Source: an uncultured Gammaproteobacteria bacterium
GTDB lineage: Bacteria; Patescibacteriota; Microgenomatia; Levybacterales; GWA1-39-11
Direction: 5' to 3'
Assembly (NCBI GenBank): GCA_964448725.1
Contig: CAYVAJ010000005.1
Span: forward strand, 2,137-66,136
Length of the DNA: 64,000 bases
The stretch's first letter is position 1. The number at the start of each line of letters is the position of its first letter. The notes beneath the pieces are model-generated. The model was not told the origin of the DNA and did not search any database. It saw only the letters and a list, made by a program, of their open reading frames with translations. Positions 39,925 through 49,373 of this stretch are shown here, piece after piece. A program made the translations under genes and the position numbers.

Positions 39925-40776
39925 TCAGGTTTGCAAAAAGGGCAGAATGTATTTTGGTGGCGCAATACCTTTTTCATATTCTTCTTGAAGCTTGGAATAT
40001 TTGTCTATTCGTTGCGGATACCAGTCCTGTCCTTCAAGAATAGTGTCATTTTTATGTTTTTGATATACATATTCAAATGCGATTACCGTATTTTTGTATG
40101 TATCATTAGAAACACGTCCATCTGTACCAAACCGTTGATGATAATGATATAGTACTTCTGGTACGAAGAGTAATCCTTGCGGATATTTCTCACTCAGCTG
40201 CAGTGCAAACTCCCAATCTTCCAATGCACCAAGATCAACATGCTCATCAAAACGAATTCCATCCTCAATAACTTTCCGAGAATGCATAAAGCCAATATTA
40301 TCAAAATGAAATGTTTTTAAACCAATATCTTTTGTCGTAATTTGTTCAGGAAAATGGTCAGAGTTATCTATTTCTCGTACTAAAAAATTTTCTACATATA
40401 ATTCTAATGTTTTTTTACCACGGGGAATTGCAAAAACAATGTCTTCTGCACGAGTAATATACTGCATCATTACTTCCAGATGATTTAGAAATAACTCATC
40501 ATCATCGTCAAGATAGGTTATCCACTCACCTTTTGCCATATCTAAGGCAGTATTACGAGCGGCTGATGGTCCTTTATTTATATCATGTCGAATATATCGT
40601 ATTCTCTTATCTGAGTACTCCTTTACTTTATCAGATGTATCGTCTGTGGAAGCATCATCGACAATAATGTATTCAAAATAAGGATATGTTTGTGATAATA
40701 CACTTTCGATCGCATTACCAAGCATATATGCGCGATTATGTGTAGGAGTAATAACAGTCACTAAAGGAGTATTCAT
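39925..40776 (-). CDS. Glycosyltransferase family 2
   Basis: VITPTHNR, VDDASTD, ARN, LDDDD and EDWE. Confidence 0.93.
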   Translation of the reverse strand: MNTPLVTVITPTHNRAYMLGNAIESVLSQTYPYFEYIIVDDASTDDTSDKVKEYSDKRIRYIRHDINKGPSAARNTALDMAKGEWITYLDDDDELFLNHLEVMMQYITRAEDIVFAIPRGKKTLELYVENFLVREIDNSDHFPEQITTKDIGLKTFHFDNIGFMHSRKVIEDGIRFDEHVDLGALEDWEFALQLSEKYPQGLLFVPEVLYHYHQRFGTDGRVSNDTYKNTVIAFEYVYQKHKNDTILEGQDWYPQRIDKYSKLQEEYEKGIAPPKYILPFLQT

Positions 40777-40785
40777 AGCAGTTAC

Positions 40786-41430
40786 TTAAACGTGAGATAA
40801 TGTGTGGGACATTTTCTTCTTTTTTGTTTTTAGGTATCCTTTATTCACGGTATTTGGAGCAATCTCAATTTGTACCCGTTCCTCAACTTCTATACCGTAC
40901 TGTCTCAACTGTTCAACTTTATCAGGGTTATTCGTCAATAAACGTATTTTGTGTATTCCTAGATCGTGCAGAATGTCTACTCCATCTTTGTAATCACGCG
41001 CATCAACCGGAAGGCCTAACATCTCATTTGCTTCGACAGTATCATACCCTTTTTCCTGTAACGCATAGGCTTTTATTTTATTTGTAAGCCCGATCCCTCT
41101 CCCTTCTTGGTTGAGATAGAGGATAATACCAGAGCCATTTTTTTGTATTTGCTTCATGCTCTGTTCTAGCTGATCACCGCAATCACATTTTAAGGATGAA
41201 AAAATATCCCCAGTCACACACGATGAATGAATACGCACAAGAGGGGTTTCTTGTATTTTTCCCATAACCAAAGCAACATGCTCTCTGTGTTCTTGCGACA
41301 TATATACAAGTAACTGAAATATGCCATAGGAAGTTGGAAGAGATGTTTGTGCAGTGCGTACCAACTTATCATCTATCGCTTGTTTCGGGGTATCAAAAGA
41401 TGTGTCAAAAGTTGTCTTAATTACATTCAT
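40786..41430 (-). CDS. ribA: GTP cyclohydrolase II
   Basis: RIHSSCVTGD...CDCG, QEGRGIGL, ARDY and LTNNP. Confidence 0.96.
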   Translation of the reverse strand: MNVIKTTFDTSFDTPKQAIDDKLVRTAQTSLPTSYGIFQLLVYMSQEHREHVALVMGKIQETPLVRIHSSCVTGDIFSSLKCDCGDQLEQSMKQIQKNGSGIILYLNQEGRGIGLTNKIKAYALQEKGYDTVEANEMLGLPVDARDYKDGVDILHDLGIHKIRLLTNNPDKVEQLRQYGIEVEERVQIEIAPNTVNKGYLKTKKKKMSHTLSHV

Positions 41431-42152
41431 TATTTATATTCACCAAAATCTTCGGATTTTACAAACAGTGATTCTACTCCAAGTGCAGTAAGAACCTGTG
41501 TCACACCCTTCACAAGCCCTGCAGGACCTGCCATATAAAAGATAGTGTTATTTACGTCAGAAATATATTTGCGAATCAGGTCCTCTGTAAAATGTCCTTG
41601 CTCTCCTTCCCAACCGCTTTGGACATCTTCTTGCGTCATAGTTGGAATAAAAGTAAAGTTACTATTTTGCTCTGCAAGCGCTGATAATTCGTCTAAAAAT
41701 GCTGCCTCTTCTCGTGTTTTGTTTGAGTAAAATAAATAAACTTTTTGAGGATAATTTTCGTGTGCTGCTTGCTTTGCCATACTCATAAAAGGAGTAATTC
41801 CAATCCCCCCTGCTAAAAATGCCACTGGCCGTTTCGCATCAGATGGCAATACCATTGATCCACGTGGGTCTCTTATTTCAATTTCTGTACCCTCTGACAT
41901 ATTCTTCAGATTGCGTTTAAACGCTGAATCCCGCATTTTAGTTGTAAATCCAATAGTTGGATCAGATGGAATCGTAATGAATGAAAATGTCCGTTCATTT
42001 CCTTCACTATCAGTATCAACTGGATTGAGTAATTTTAGCGAAGCATGTTGTCCAGGAATGTACTCAAAGCCTTCCGGCTTTTCAAAATAAAAAGCCATTT
42101 TGTCCTGTGCAACTGCTTGTGATTTTATAAATTTTGTCGTAAATGTTGCCAT
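41430..42152 (-). CDS. FAD/NAD(P)-binding ferredoxin reductase-like oxidoreductase
   Basis: PGQH, RTFS, AGGIGITPF, AGP and terminal EDF. Confidence 0.92.
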   Translation of the reverse strand: MATFTTKFIKSQAVAQDKMAFYFEKPEGFEYIPGQHASLKLLNPVDTDSEGNERTFSFITIPSDPTIGFTTKMRDSAFKRNLKNMSEGTEIEIRDPRGSMVLPSDAKRPVAFLAGGIGITPFMSMAKQAAHENYPQKVYLFYSNKTREEAAFLDELSALAEQNSNFTFIPTMTQEDVQSGWEGEQGHFTEDLIRKYISDVNNTIFYMAGPAGLVKGVTQVLTALGVESLFVKSEDFGEYK

Positions 42153-42154
42153 AA

Positions 42155-42490
42155 TTATCGTTCGTGTTCCTCCTCAATTATTTTTACAATTGATGTAACA
42201 AGCGGGTCATCATTTTTCACTTTATACAATACCGTCTGACCAACTTTTTCGCGTGTAACAAGCCCTGATTGTTCGAGGATTTTTAATTGCTGAGAAATTG
42301 CAGGAACTGTCATACCCATGATATGTGCTATATCTGACACTTTTACATCTTCTCCATGAGTCACCATCAATAAGCGAAACACCCGACACCGAGTCGGATC
42401 GCTTACGGCATTAAAAATAATCGGCAGTCTATCCTGGCCGGTTACAACAGTCTTTTTTATAGTGTCAATTTGTGTATTTGTTAAAGCCAT
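42155..42490 (-). CDS. ArsR/SmtB family transcriptional regulator
   Basis: SDPTR, AISQQLKILEQSGLV and GQTVLY. Confidence 0.92.
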   Translation of the reverse strand: MALTNTQIDTIKKTVVTGQDRLPIIFNAVSDPTRCRVFRLLMVTHGEDVKVSDIAHIMGMTVPAISQQLKILEQSGLVTREKVGQTVLYKVKNDDPLVTSIVKIIEEEHER

Positions 42491-42523
42491 AGTTTCTTAT
42501 TTGTTTGTTTAATTAACTATTTA

Positions 42524-42551
42524 AGTATAGCACGGAAAATTTATATGTCAA
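42524..42551 (-). promoter_or_regulatory. Sigma-70 promoter of the ArsR operon
   Basis: TTGACA-N16-TATACT, followed by the imperfect palindrome TTAAATAGTTAA (possible operator). Confidence 0.7.
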
Positions 42552-42565
42552 GATGATATGCAAAA

Positions 42566-42913
42566 CTATTTTGAAGTAAGAAGATTATGCAAAACTACTG
42601 CTTCGTTGTGTTGGATATCTTTTGCACCATATAACAAAGTAACCATCTGGTGTTCTTCCTCAAGTTTTTTTATCTGATGCAATAATTCTTTTTGTTTGGC
42701 AATTTCCTGGGTATATTTTGTAACAAAACCCTCCCATTTTCCAGGATCATGCCCAAACCATTTGCGAAGTTCAGTACTTGGAGCAATATCTTTTAACCAA
42801 AGATCTAGATGTGCTTTTTCTTTTGATACACCTCTAGGCCATAATCGATCAACCAAAATTCGAAAACCATCCTCTTCTTCACAAGCATCATAAATACGTT
42901 TTAACTTTATCAT
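42566..42913 (-). CDS. DUF488 (YeaO-like) protein
   Basis: [14 protein letters not shown] and [10 protein letters not shown]. Confidence 0.94.
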   Translation of the reverse strand: MIKLKRIYDACEEEDGFRILVDRLWPRGVSKEKAHLDLWLKDIAPSTELRKWFGHDPGKWEGFVTKYTQEIAKQKELLHQIKKLEEEHQMVTLLYGAKDIQHNEAVVLHNLLTSK

Positions 42914-42919
42914 ACTGAT

Positions 42920-43528
42920 CTAGGTAATGGATTCATTCGTAAAATGTTTGTGGTCTTTATGCTTACTATTATAAATCCAGTACGGCACTACTCCAATTAA
43001 ATTTACAATACTGGAAAGTATAAATAGGGTTTTAAAACCAAATTTACTCGCGATAATTCCGCCTAACGCAATAGCAATTCCCATTCCTGTAAATGTAATT
43101 GCATCATACGTACTCCATGTTCTTGATGCTTGTTGTCTGGTGAGATTTAGTGAAAACATTGGATATTTTGCAGGTGAAGAAATACCAAAACTCATCCCTG
43201 CAATGGTAAAGAATATATAAAATGATAAAAGATTTGGTACAAATGCGATAAGTAGATAGCAACTGGAGAGAAGAATCATTCCAATTGCATCAGTAAGCAT
43301 TCTTTTTCTGTCTGAAGGAAATTTTACATAATTACTAATAAATAACCCTGTTATTACTCTCACTAACAAATACAGAGTAAAACCAAAAGATGCCGATTGC
43401 ACATTACCATTTGGTAGTGTGCTTACAACAAACACCGCAAGTATCGGAGAGACCAAATTCCACGCCGACCAGAAGAATGCTTCTGAGAAAATAAAAGCAA
43501 TGACAATTGGATTCATTTTCGGGAACAT
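42920..43528 (-). CDS. Half-size (6-TM) MFS-like transporter
   Basis: Six hydrophobic segments with an MFS N-domain pattern. Confidence 0.7.
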   Translation of the reverse strand: MFPKMNPIVIAFIFSEAFFWSAWNLVSPILAVFVVSTLPNGNVQSASFGFTLYLLVRVITGLFISNYVKFPSDRKRMLTDAIGMILLSSCYLLIAFVPNLLSFYIFFTIAGMSFGISSPAKYPMFSLNLTRQQASRTWSTYDAITFTGMGIAIALGGIIASKFGFKTLFILSSIVNLIGVVPYWIYNSKHKDHKHFTNESIT

Positions 43529-43568
43529 ACAATTTAGTATATCTATTTGTTACTGAGTTATCAATTCA

Positions 43569-44621
43569 CTACTCTGTTGGTAATTGTACAAAAAACGTTG
43601 AGCCCTTCTTCAGAGTACTTTCCACCCACATCTTACCCTTATGTCTTTTTATAATCTGTGAAGAAATGAATAACCCAATACCAGTTCCTTTTGTACTCCC
43701 GCTATTTCCTGCCCTAACGTATGGTTTGAATATTCTTGTTTGGTCTTGTTTTGCTATCCCTTGACCAAAATCCTGTACGCTTACTATTATACTATTTTTC
43801 TTGTTATATACTTTGACGATTACTTGTGCTGCATGTGGCGAGTATTTAATTGCATTACTTATAAGATTTATAATTACTTGGCCAATTCTATATCTATCAC
43901 CAACGATAGATTTTTTTGAATCACCAGAAAAGTAAATAGTGTGTGTATCAGTGGTTACCTGCTGATCTGCTATCACTTCCTTCACAAGATCAGTAATAAG
44001 AAATGATTCACTGCGATACGTAAATCTTCCAGTTTCAATTTTTGTTACATCAAGCATCTCATTAACCATGTTTATAACTTGGTTAATTTGCCGATCAATT
44101 CTCACCGAAAAACCTGCAAGCTTTTTATCTTTATTTTTATCTGCAAGTTTTTGGATAATATGTGCATATCCTTTTATCGAGGTTAACGGGTTTTTCAATT
44201 CATGTGATACTACTCCAATAAACTCACTCTTTTGTCTGTCATTTTTTCTATAAGACTCACTTAATATACTGATAAAAAGTCCTTCAATGAAGAAGATAAT
44301 GAGAACAAATAAGTTTGAAAAATTTGCCGCACCTAAGAGCGTTTGTTTAGGTTCCAAAAAGAAATAATAGGTAATAATTCCTGATAAAATTGTGGCCAGA
44401 ATACCAGGCCCAAAACCGCCATACCACGCACCGATAATCACAATAAATAACGAAAAAATAAAAGGGACATCTTTCCCTAATACTGTTATGAGCGTAAATT
44501 TAAAAATAAAAAAAAGAGTAACAACTATAAATACAAATCCATATCGCTTCCAACTATTTTCGTTTTCATGAATATATAACTTATTTACGTATTGATGGAT
44601 TACTGACCAGACATCTTTCAT
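43569..44621 (-). CDS. Sensor histidine kinase with DUF4118 membrane domain
   Basis: SHELKNPLT, NLISNAIKY, DFGQGI and GTGIGL; start MKDVW. Confidence 0.93.
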   Translation of the reverse strand: MKDVWSVIHQYVNKLYIHENENSWKRYGFVFIVVTLFFIFKFTLITVLGKDVPFIFSLFIVIIGAWYGGFGPGILATILSGIITYYFFLEPKQTLLGAANFSNLFVLIIFFIEGLFISILSESYRKNDRQKSEFIGVVSHELKNPLTSIKGYAHIIQKLADKNKDKKLAGFSVRIDRQINQVINMVNEMLDVTKIETGRFTYRSESFLITDLVKEVIADQQVTTDTHTIYFSGDSKKSIVGDRYRIGQVIINLISNAIKYSPHAAQVIVKVYNKKNSIIVSVQDFGQGIAKQDQTRIFKPYVRAGNSGSTKGTGIGLFISSQIIKRHKGKMWVESTLKKGSTFFVQLPTE

Positions 44622-44698
44622 AGCAAGCCTATTATAATATGCATATACCAGTATTGATAGAGAAAGGCTAATTTCACAGTATGGAGTATAATAAAGGC

Positions 44699-45583
44699 AT
44701 GATTTCGAGTACTCAATCATTGACCGTAGCGTATCATCCGCCTTTTGCATGGAATGCACATTTGCGTTTTCTTAAAAGACGTGCAATAGCAGGTGTTGAA
44801 AAAATTACTAATGAGCAATATGCACGGACTGTATCTCTTATTCATGAGAATAAAAGATATGTTGGATGGATTACTGTACGTAATGACAAAAAAAACTCAG
44901 AGCTGGTAGTAACAATATCACAAAATTTGATACCAGTTACCGAACAAGTACTTACCCGTGTACGCCAGCTTTTTGATACTTCCTGTTCACCGAGTAGAAT
45001 TTCAGAACAACTTGGACCACTGGCTACCTCTCTTCCTGGACTTAGGGTGCCCGGTGCATTTAATGGGTTTGAGATGGCAGTACGCGCGATTTTAGGACAA
45101 CAGATTACTGTTACTGGGGCACGTACACTGGCTGGACGCATTGTACAAGCCTTTGGATATCAAATCTCAACCCCTATACAGAATGTTGATAGCATTTTCC
45201 CATCTCCAGAAGAAATTGTAGATACTGGACCAGTAGCTCTCACATCGCTTGGTATTACAAGAAAAAGAGCACAAACAATATATGACCTCGCAAAAGCGCT
45301 TGCTGAAAAAAAATTAACACTCAATCCAAATGGAGACAGTATAACTACACTTAACCAACTTCGTGCAATCAAAGGAATTGGTGAATGGACAACGCAATAC
45401 ATCGCGATGCGTGTATTATCTCTGCCAGATGCGTTTGTTCATACTGATTATGGTGTACAAAAAGCCCTTTCTGAGAAACGACCTGCAGCAATACTGAAAA
45501 TTGCAGAAAAATGGCAGCCTTGGCGTGCCTATGCAACGATGTATTTATGGAATTCATTAGCTGAAAAGGAGATGCATGTATGA
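44699..45583 (+). CDS. alkA: DNA-3-methyladenine glycosylase II
   Basis: AlkA N-domain, RAILGQQ, HhH GIGEWT and PWRAYA. Confidence 0.92.
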   Translation: MISSTQSLTVAYHPPFAWNAHLRFLKRRAIAGVEKITNEQYARTVSLIHENKRYVGWITVRNDKKNSELVVTISQNLIPVTEQVLTRVRQLFDTSCSPSRISEQLGPLATSLPGLRVPGAFNGFEMAVRAILGQQITVTGARTLAGRIVQAFGYQISTPIQNVDSIFPSPEEIVDTGPVALTSLGITRKRAQTIYDLAKALAEKKLTLNPNGDSITTLNQLRAIKGIGEWTTQYIAMRVLSLPDAFVHTDYGVQKALSEKRPAAILKIAEKWQPWRAYATMYLWNSLAEKEMHV

Positions 45584-46059
45584 TGTATGATTTTTTTCTA
45601 TCACCACTTGGTAGAATTATTATCAGTACCGATGGGGCAAGCATAACTTCATTTCTGTTTGAAGAACAAAAATATTTTACCCCTATCTCACCTGATTGGA
45701 TATGCAAGCCAGATCACCCACTGCTGCAAGAATCAAAGAAGCAACTTAACGAGTATTTTAATGGGACACGAATGAGCTTTAATCTTCCACTATCACCTAT
45801 AGGAACCAAATTCCAGCAAGAAGTATGGAGCGCTTTGGAACAAATTCCGTGCGGGCGTGTAACTACTTATAGAGAAATTGCACATACAATAGGCAGACCA
45901 AAAGCAGTACGAGCAGTAGGAACGGCAATTGGACGAAATCCGCTCTGCATTGTTGTACCGTGCCACCGCGTCATTGGTGTAGATGGAAAATTAACTGGTT
46001 ATAGCGGTGGTCTTAAACGAAAACAATGGCTTCTGAGACATGAACAGAAGAACCACTGA
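45580..46059 (+). CDS. ogt: Methylated-DNA--protein-cysteine methyltransferase
   Basis: GTKFQQEVW, RAVG and PCHRV. Confidence 0.95.
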   Translation: MMYDFFLSPLGRIIISTDGASITSFLFEEQKYFTPISPDWICKPDHPLLQESKKQLNEYFNGTRMSFNLPLSPIGTKFQQEVWSALEQIPCGRVTTYREIAHTIGRPKAVRAVGTAIGRNPLCIVVPCHRVIGVDGKLTGYSGGLKRKQWLLRHEQKNH

Positions 46060-46073
46060 TAATTCATTCTTCT

Positions 46074-47402
46074 CTATTTTTGTCGATACTGTTTAGACAG
46101 CAATCTGTATGCTTTTGTACGCATTGCAAGTAAAGTTAATACAAGTCCAATAATTCCCACAACGCTAAAAACTAACGCAATACCTCTTCCATCACCTACA
46201 CCAAACCAACTTCCAATTAAATTGGCCCCTAATCCTCCCTCTTGCATTAATGGTATAAAGAAAAATTGTGCAATTGGTCCGATCGCAAAGGCAGTGATCG
46301 GCGATGCTGACATTTCTACGCTTTGTGCAAATCCAAACACTCTTCCCTGCCGTGCTACTGGTACTACTTTTTGGATAATTGTTTGCTCGGATGCCTCAAT
46401 AAATGGTACAAGACATGTGTATGTTAAAAATCCAAGCGCAAGCAAAATTATCCACGGTTGAATCGTAAAGAAAATAGTAATGACCCACATAATAATATTT
46501 GCAAAAAATAACGTTTTGAGAGGATTTGTGCCTAAACCTTTCTTTGCAATAAATAACCCACCGAGAATAAAACCCACACTTAATACACCAGAAATAACTC
46601 CCCATGTCTGTTGATTAACCAATGATAAGCCGTATGGGTCAATAAGCGGCATAAAAACACCTCCTAAAAAATTATTAATTGTATTAAAAATAATAAGCGC
46701 CAAAAGACCTGGGATTGTTTTAACAACTTTAAAAGTACCTATAAGGTCAATCTTTTTTTGCTGCTCTCCTGTGTGAACAACTCCTTTTTCTGTGATATTG
46801 GTAAAATATAAATGAATAATAACCAGTATCATAAGTAATATCGATAGAATTAGTACCCAGTACATACCAGATGCAGCAAGTAAAAAACCACCGACAATTG
46901 GAGCAACCAAATATGACACTCCATTGATCATTCCCACCAATCCATTGGCATTATCTCTATTTTTTTCAGGAACCATAAGAGTTACCAATGTTGGCAGTGC
47001 AATAGCTCGGATATTTCCTGCAATTACACCAACAAAAAGAAGAACAGCCATCACCCACAACTGTATGCTTGCAGAATCATGAAACACTTCTGCAGGCGTA
47101 TTTATATAAATTAGAAAGCCCGCTATAAATGCACAGAAAGATATACTACTTGAAAGAATCATCACGGTCTTTTTTTTGTAATGATCTACAAGTGAGCCAA
47201 ACCAGATACCAGTTGTCGCCCATGCAACTAATATAATCCCTGATAATACTCCTGTTGCAAGAACAGACCGAGTTTCTAAATATATCCAGATACTTAAAGC
47301 AAACCAGACAAGTGAGGTAGTAATTGTCGCAACAAGCGAATTGATAACAATTGTATAAAAAGATTTCATCGTAATTTTTGAAAATGGATTATTTTTGGAC
47401 AA
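46074..47402 (-). CDS. MFS transporter (DHA3/macrolide-efflux-like)
   Basis: About 12 TM segments, GSLVDH and QGRVFG; the true start may be ATG 47369. Confidence 0.9.
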   Translation of the reverse strand: MSKNNPFSKITMKSFYTIVINSLVATITTSLVWFALSIWIYLETRSVLATGVLSGIILVAWATTGIWFGSLVDHYKKKTVMILSSSISFCAFIAGFLIYINTPAEVFHDSASIQLWVMAVLLFVGVIAGNIRAIALPTLVTLMVPEKNRDNANGLVGMINGVSYLVAPIVGGFLLAASGMYWVLILSILLMILVIIHLYFTNITEKGVVHTGEQQKKIDLIGTFKVVKTIPGLLALIIFNTINNFLGGVFMPLIDPYGLSLVNQQTWGVISGVLSVGFILGGLFIAKKGLGTNPLKTLFFANIIMWVITIFFTIQPWIILLALGFLTYTCLVPFIEASEQTIIQKVVPVARQGRVFGFAQSVEMSASPITAFAIGPIAQFFFIPLMQEGGLGANLIGSWFGVGDGRGIALVFSVVGIIGLVLTLLAMRTKAYRLLSKQYRQK

Positions 47403-47436
47403 AAATAATTATACATATTCTGGTATACTATTTTTT

Positions 47437-48141
47437 ATGGAATTATTTGACTTTTTCCTTCACTTAGATGAGCATCTTGCCAATATTATTAATACCTTTG
47501 GTAACTTCACCTATGTTATTTTATTTCTTATTATCTTTGCTGAGACAGGACTTGTGGTAACTCCATTCCTTCCTGGTGATTCTCTCCTCTTTGTTGTCGG
47601 TACTCTTTCCGGAAGCGGTTTTCTAAAAATCTGGGTTGTATATATCACGCTACTTGCAGCAGCTATATTGGGAGATACGGTAAATTACTGGATTGGCCAC
47701 CATATAGGACCTCGTGTATTCGCAAAAGAAAATTCCAAGATATTTAAAAAAGCATATCTTGAAAAAACCCGCGAGTTTTATGAGAAGCACGGCGGAAAGA
47801 CTATTATTCTTGCCCGTTTTCTTCCGATCATCCGAACTTTTGCTCCATTCGTAGCGGGAGTAGGAAAAATGCACTACAACACTTTTCTCTTTTACAATGT
47901 TCTTGGAGCATTTATCTGGGTAACATCATTAACATTTGCAGGATATTTCTTTGGAGGACTACCAATCATAAAAGAAAATTTTGAATATGCTGTTATTGGA
48001 ATTATTCTTGTCTCCCTACTCCCGATGATAATTGAGTACATTAATCATAAAAGAGGTCCTAAGCTTTCCAAAAAACAGCTCGAAAAGGCATCATATAAAA
48101 ACATAAAAAAGACATTTGAAAAAGAAAACCTTAGTAATTAA
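47437..48141 (+). CDS. DedA family protein
   Basis: FAETGL, PFLPGDSLLF and ARFLPIIRTFAP. Confidence 0.95.
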   Translation: MELFDFFLHLDEHLANIINTFGNFTYVILFLIIFAETGLVVTPFLPGDSLLFVVGTLSGSGFLKIWVVYITLLAAAILGDTVNYWIGHHIGPRVFAKENSKIFKKAYLEKTREFYEKHGGKTIILARFLPIIRTFAPFVAGVGKMHYNTFLFYNVLGAFIWVTSLTFAGYFFGGLPIIKENFEYAVIGIILVSLLPMIIEYINHKRGPKLSKKQLEKASYKNIKKTFEKENLSN

Positions 48142-48164
48142 AATTCTCTATCAATCATCAGGCT

Positions 48165-48395
48165 TTATTTTTTCTCCACCCATTCACCGCTTTCATTTTT
48201 TTTATATACATTTTCAACTGCTGACCACGCAACAGCATGTGCTGTTTCTTCTCTCGTCCTACCCTCCTGTCTTTCTTCAGGATTATCATACTGATCCCAG
48301 GCACTATTAAATGCTTCGCGGTAGATATCTTGTCCATGCTCAGGTAAATGATCTTGTACGCTTTCTGGTAGATCAGTGTTTTTTTGATATGGCAT
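48165..48395 (-). CDS. chaB: ChaB family protein
   Basis: MPY...LPEHGQDIYREAFN...AHAVAWSAV. Confidence 0.92.
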   Translation of the reverse strand: MPYQKNTDLPESVQDHLPEHGQDIYREAFNSAWDQYDNPEERQEGRTREETAHAVAWSAVENVYKKNESGEWVEKK

Positions 48396-48494
48396 AGAAC
48401 ACATTTTATGCTTCCATTTTAAGAGAAAATTGAGATATGCGTAAGTAATGAGTGATGTTTTATCTACCTTATATTCTCTGTTAGAATAAGACCA

Positions 48495-49268
48495 ATGCAA
48501 TATAAAGCACTCTTTTCAGATGTAGACGGTACACTTGTGCCATATAACTATATGGCACTACCTTCAGATACAGTTGTTGAGGCTGTAAAAAAAGCCCAAG
48601 AAAAAGTTATCGTATGTTTGGTAACCGCGAGATCATACGGATTTATTGAACAGATACTCTCGAAACTAGAACTCCATACAGGATATGCCGTAGTGAACAC
48701 TAGCGCACATATTATCGATCTATCTGATGGAAAAGTCATTCATGATCAGCCAATCGAACACGATGACGCACTTGAGATGATCAATATACTCAATAAAGAA
48801 AATATTGACTTTTACCTCAAACAGGATGCTCATGAACTCTCCTACCAAAAAGGATATTTTAAAGACGTAAGCTCCCTTAAATATGCTTATATGGTCTTCA
48901 CAGACGAAATATATTCTTCAGAAAAAGTGGATGATGTGCTGAGAAAACTTTCTCATCTTCCCCTACTAAATGCTCATAAATCACATCATAAAAATCCACA
49001 CAAATTTGGTATTAATATTGGACACATTAATGCTACAAAACTACATGGTGTAGAATTTTTATTAAAAAAACTCAATATATCAAAAGATGAAGTAATTGGT
49101 GTCGGAGATAGTTATAATGATTTTCCACTTTTGATGGCGTCAGGACTGAAAGTAGCAATGGGAAATGCGATAGATGACTTGAAAGCTATTGCTGACTATG
49201 TTGCTCCTTCTGTTACACACGATGGTGTCGCAGATGTTATCGAAAAGTTTATTCTTAAAAATAAATAA
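48495..49268 (+). CDS. Cof-type HAD-IIB hydrolase
   Basis: DVDGTL, TAR, GDSYND and AMGNA. Confidence 0.92.
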   Translation: MQYKALFSDVDGTLVPYNYMALPSDTVVEAVKKAQEKVIVCLVTARSYGFIEQILSKLELHTGYAVVNTSAHIIDLSDGKVIHDQPIEHDDALEMINILNKENIDFYLKQDAHELSYQKGYFKDVSSLKYAYMVFTDEIYSSEKVDDVLRKLSHLPLLNAHKSHHKNPHKFGINIGHINATKLHGVEFLLKKLNISKDEVIGVGDSYNDFPLLMASGLKVAMGNAIDDLKAIADYVAPSVTHDGVADVIEKFILKNK

Positions 49269-49327
49269 AACTAACATTCCTACCTTTCCCAAACGCTACA
49301 GGCAGCAATCTAATATAGTATACAAAT

Positions 49328-49361
49328 AAAAATGCGCCTCCTCCATTTCTGGAAAAGGCGC
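49328..49361 (-). terminator. Intrinsic terminator of the P-loop/CYTH gene
   Basis: GCGCCUUUUCCA-GAAA-UGGAGGAGGCGC followed by AUUUUU. Confidence 0.85.
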
Positions 49362-49373
49362 TATAAAGACTAC

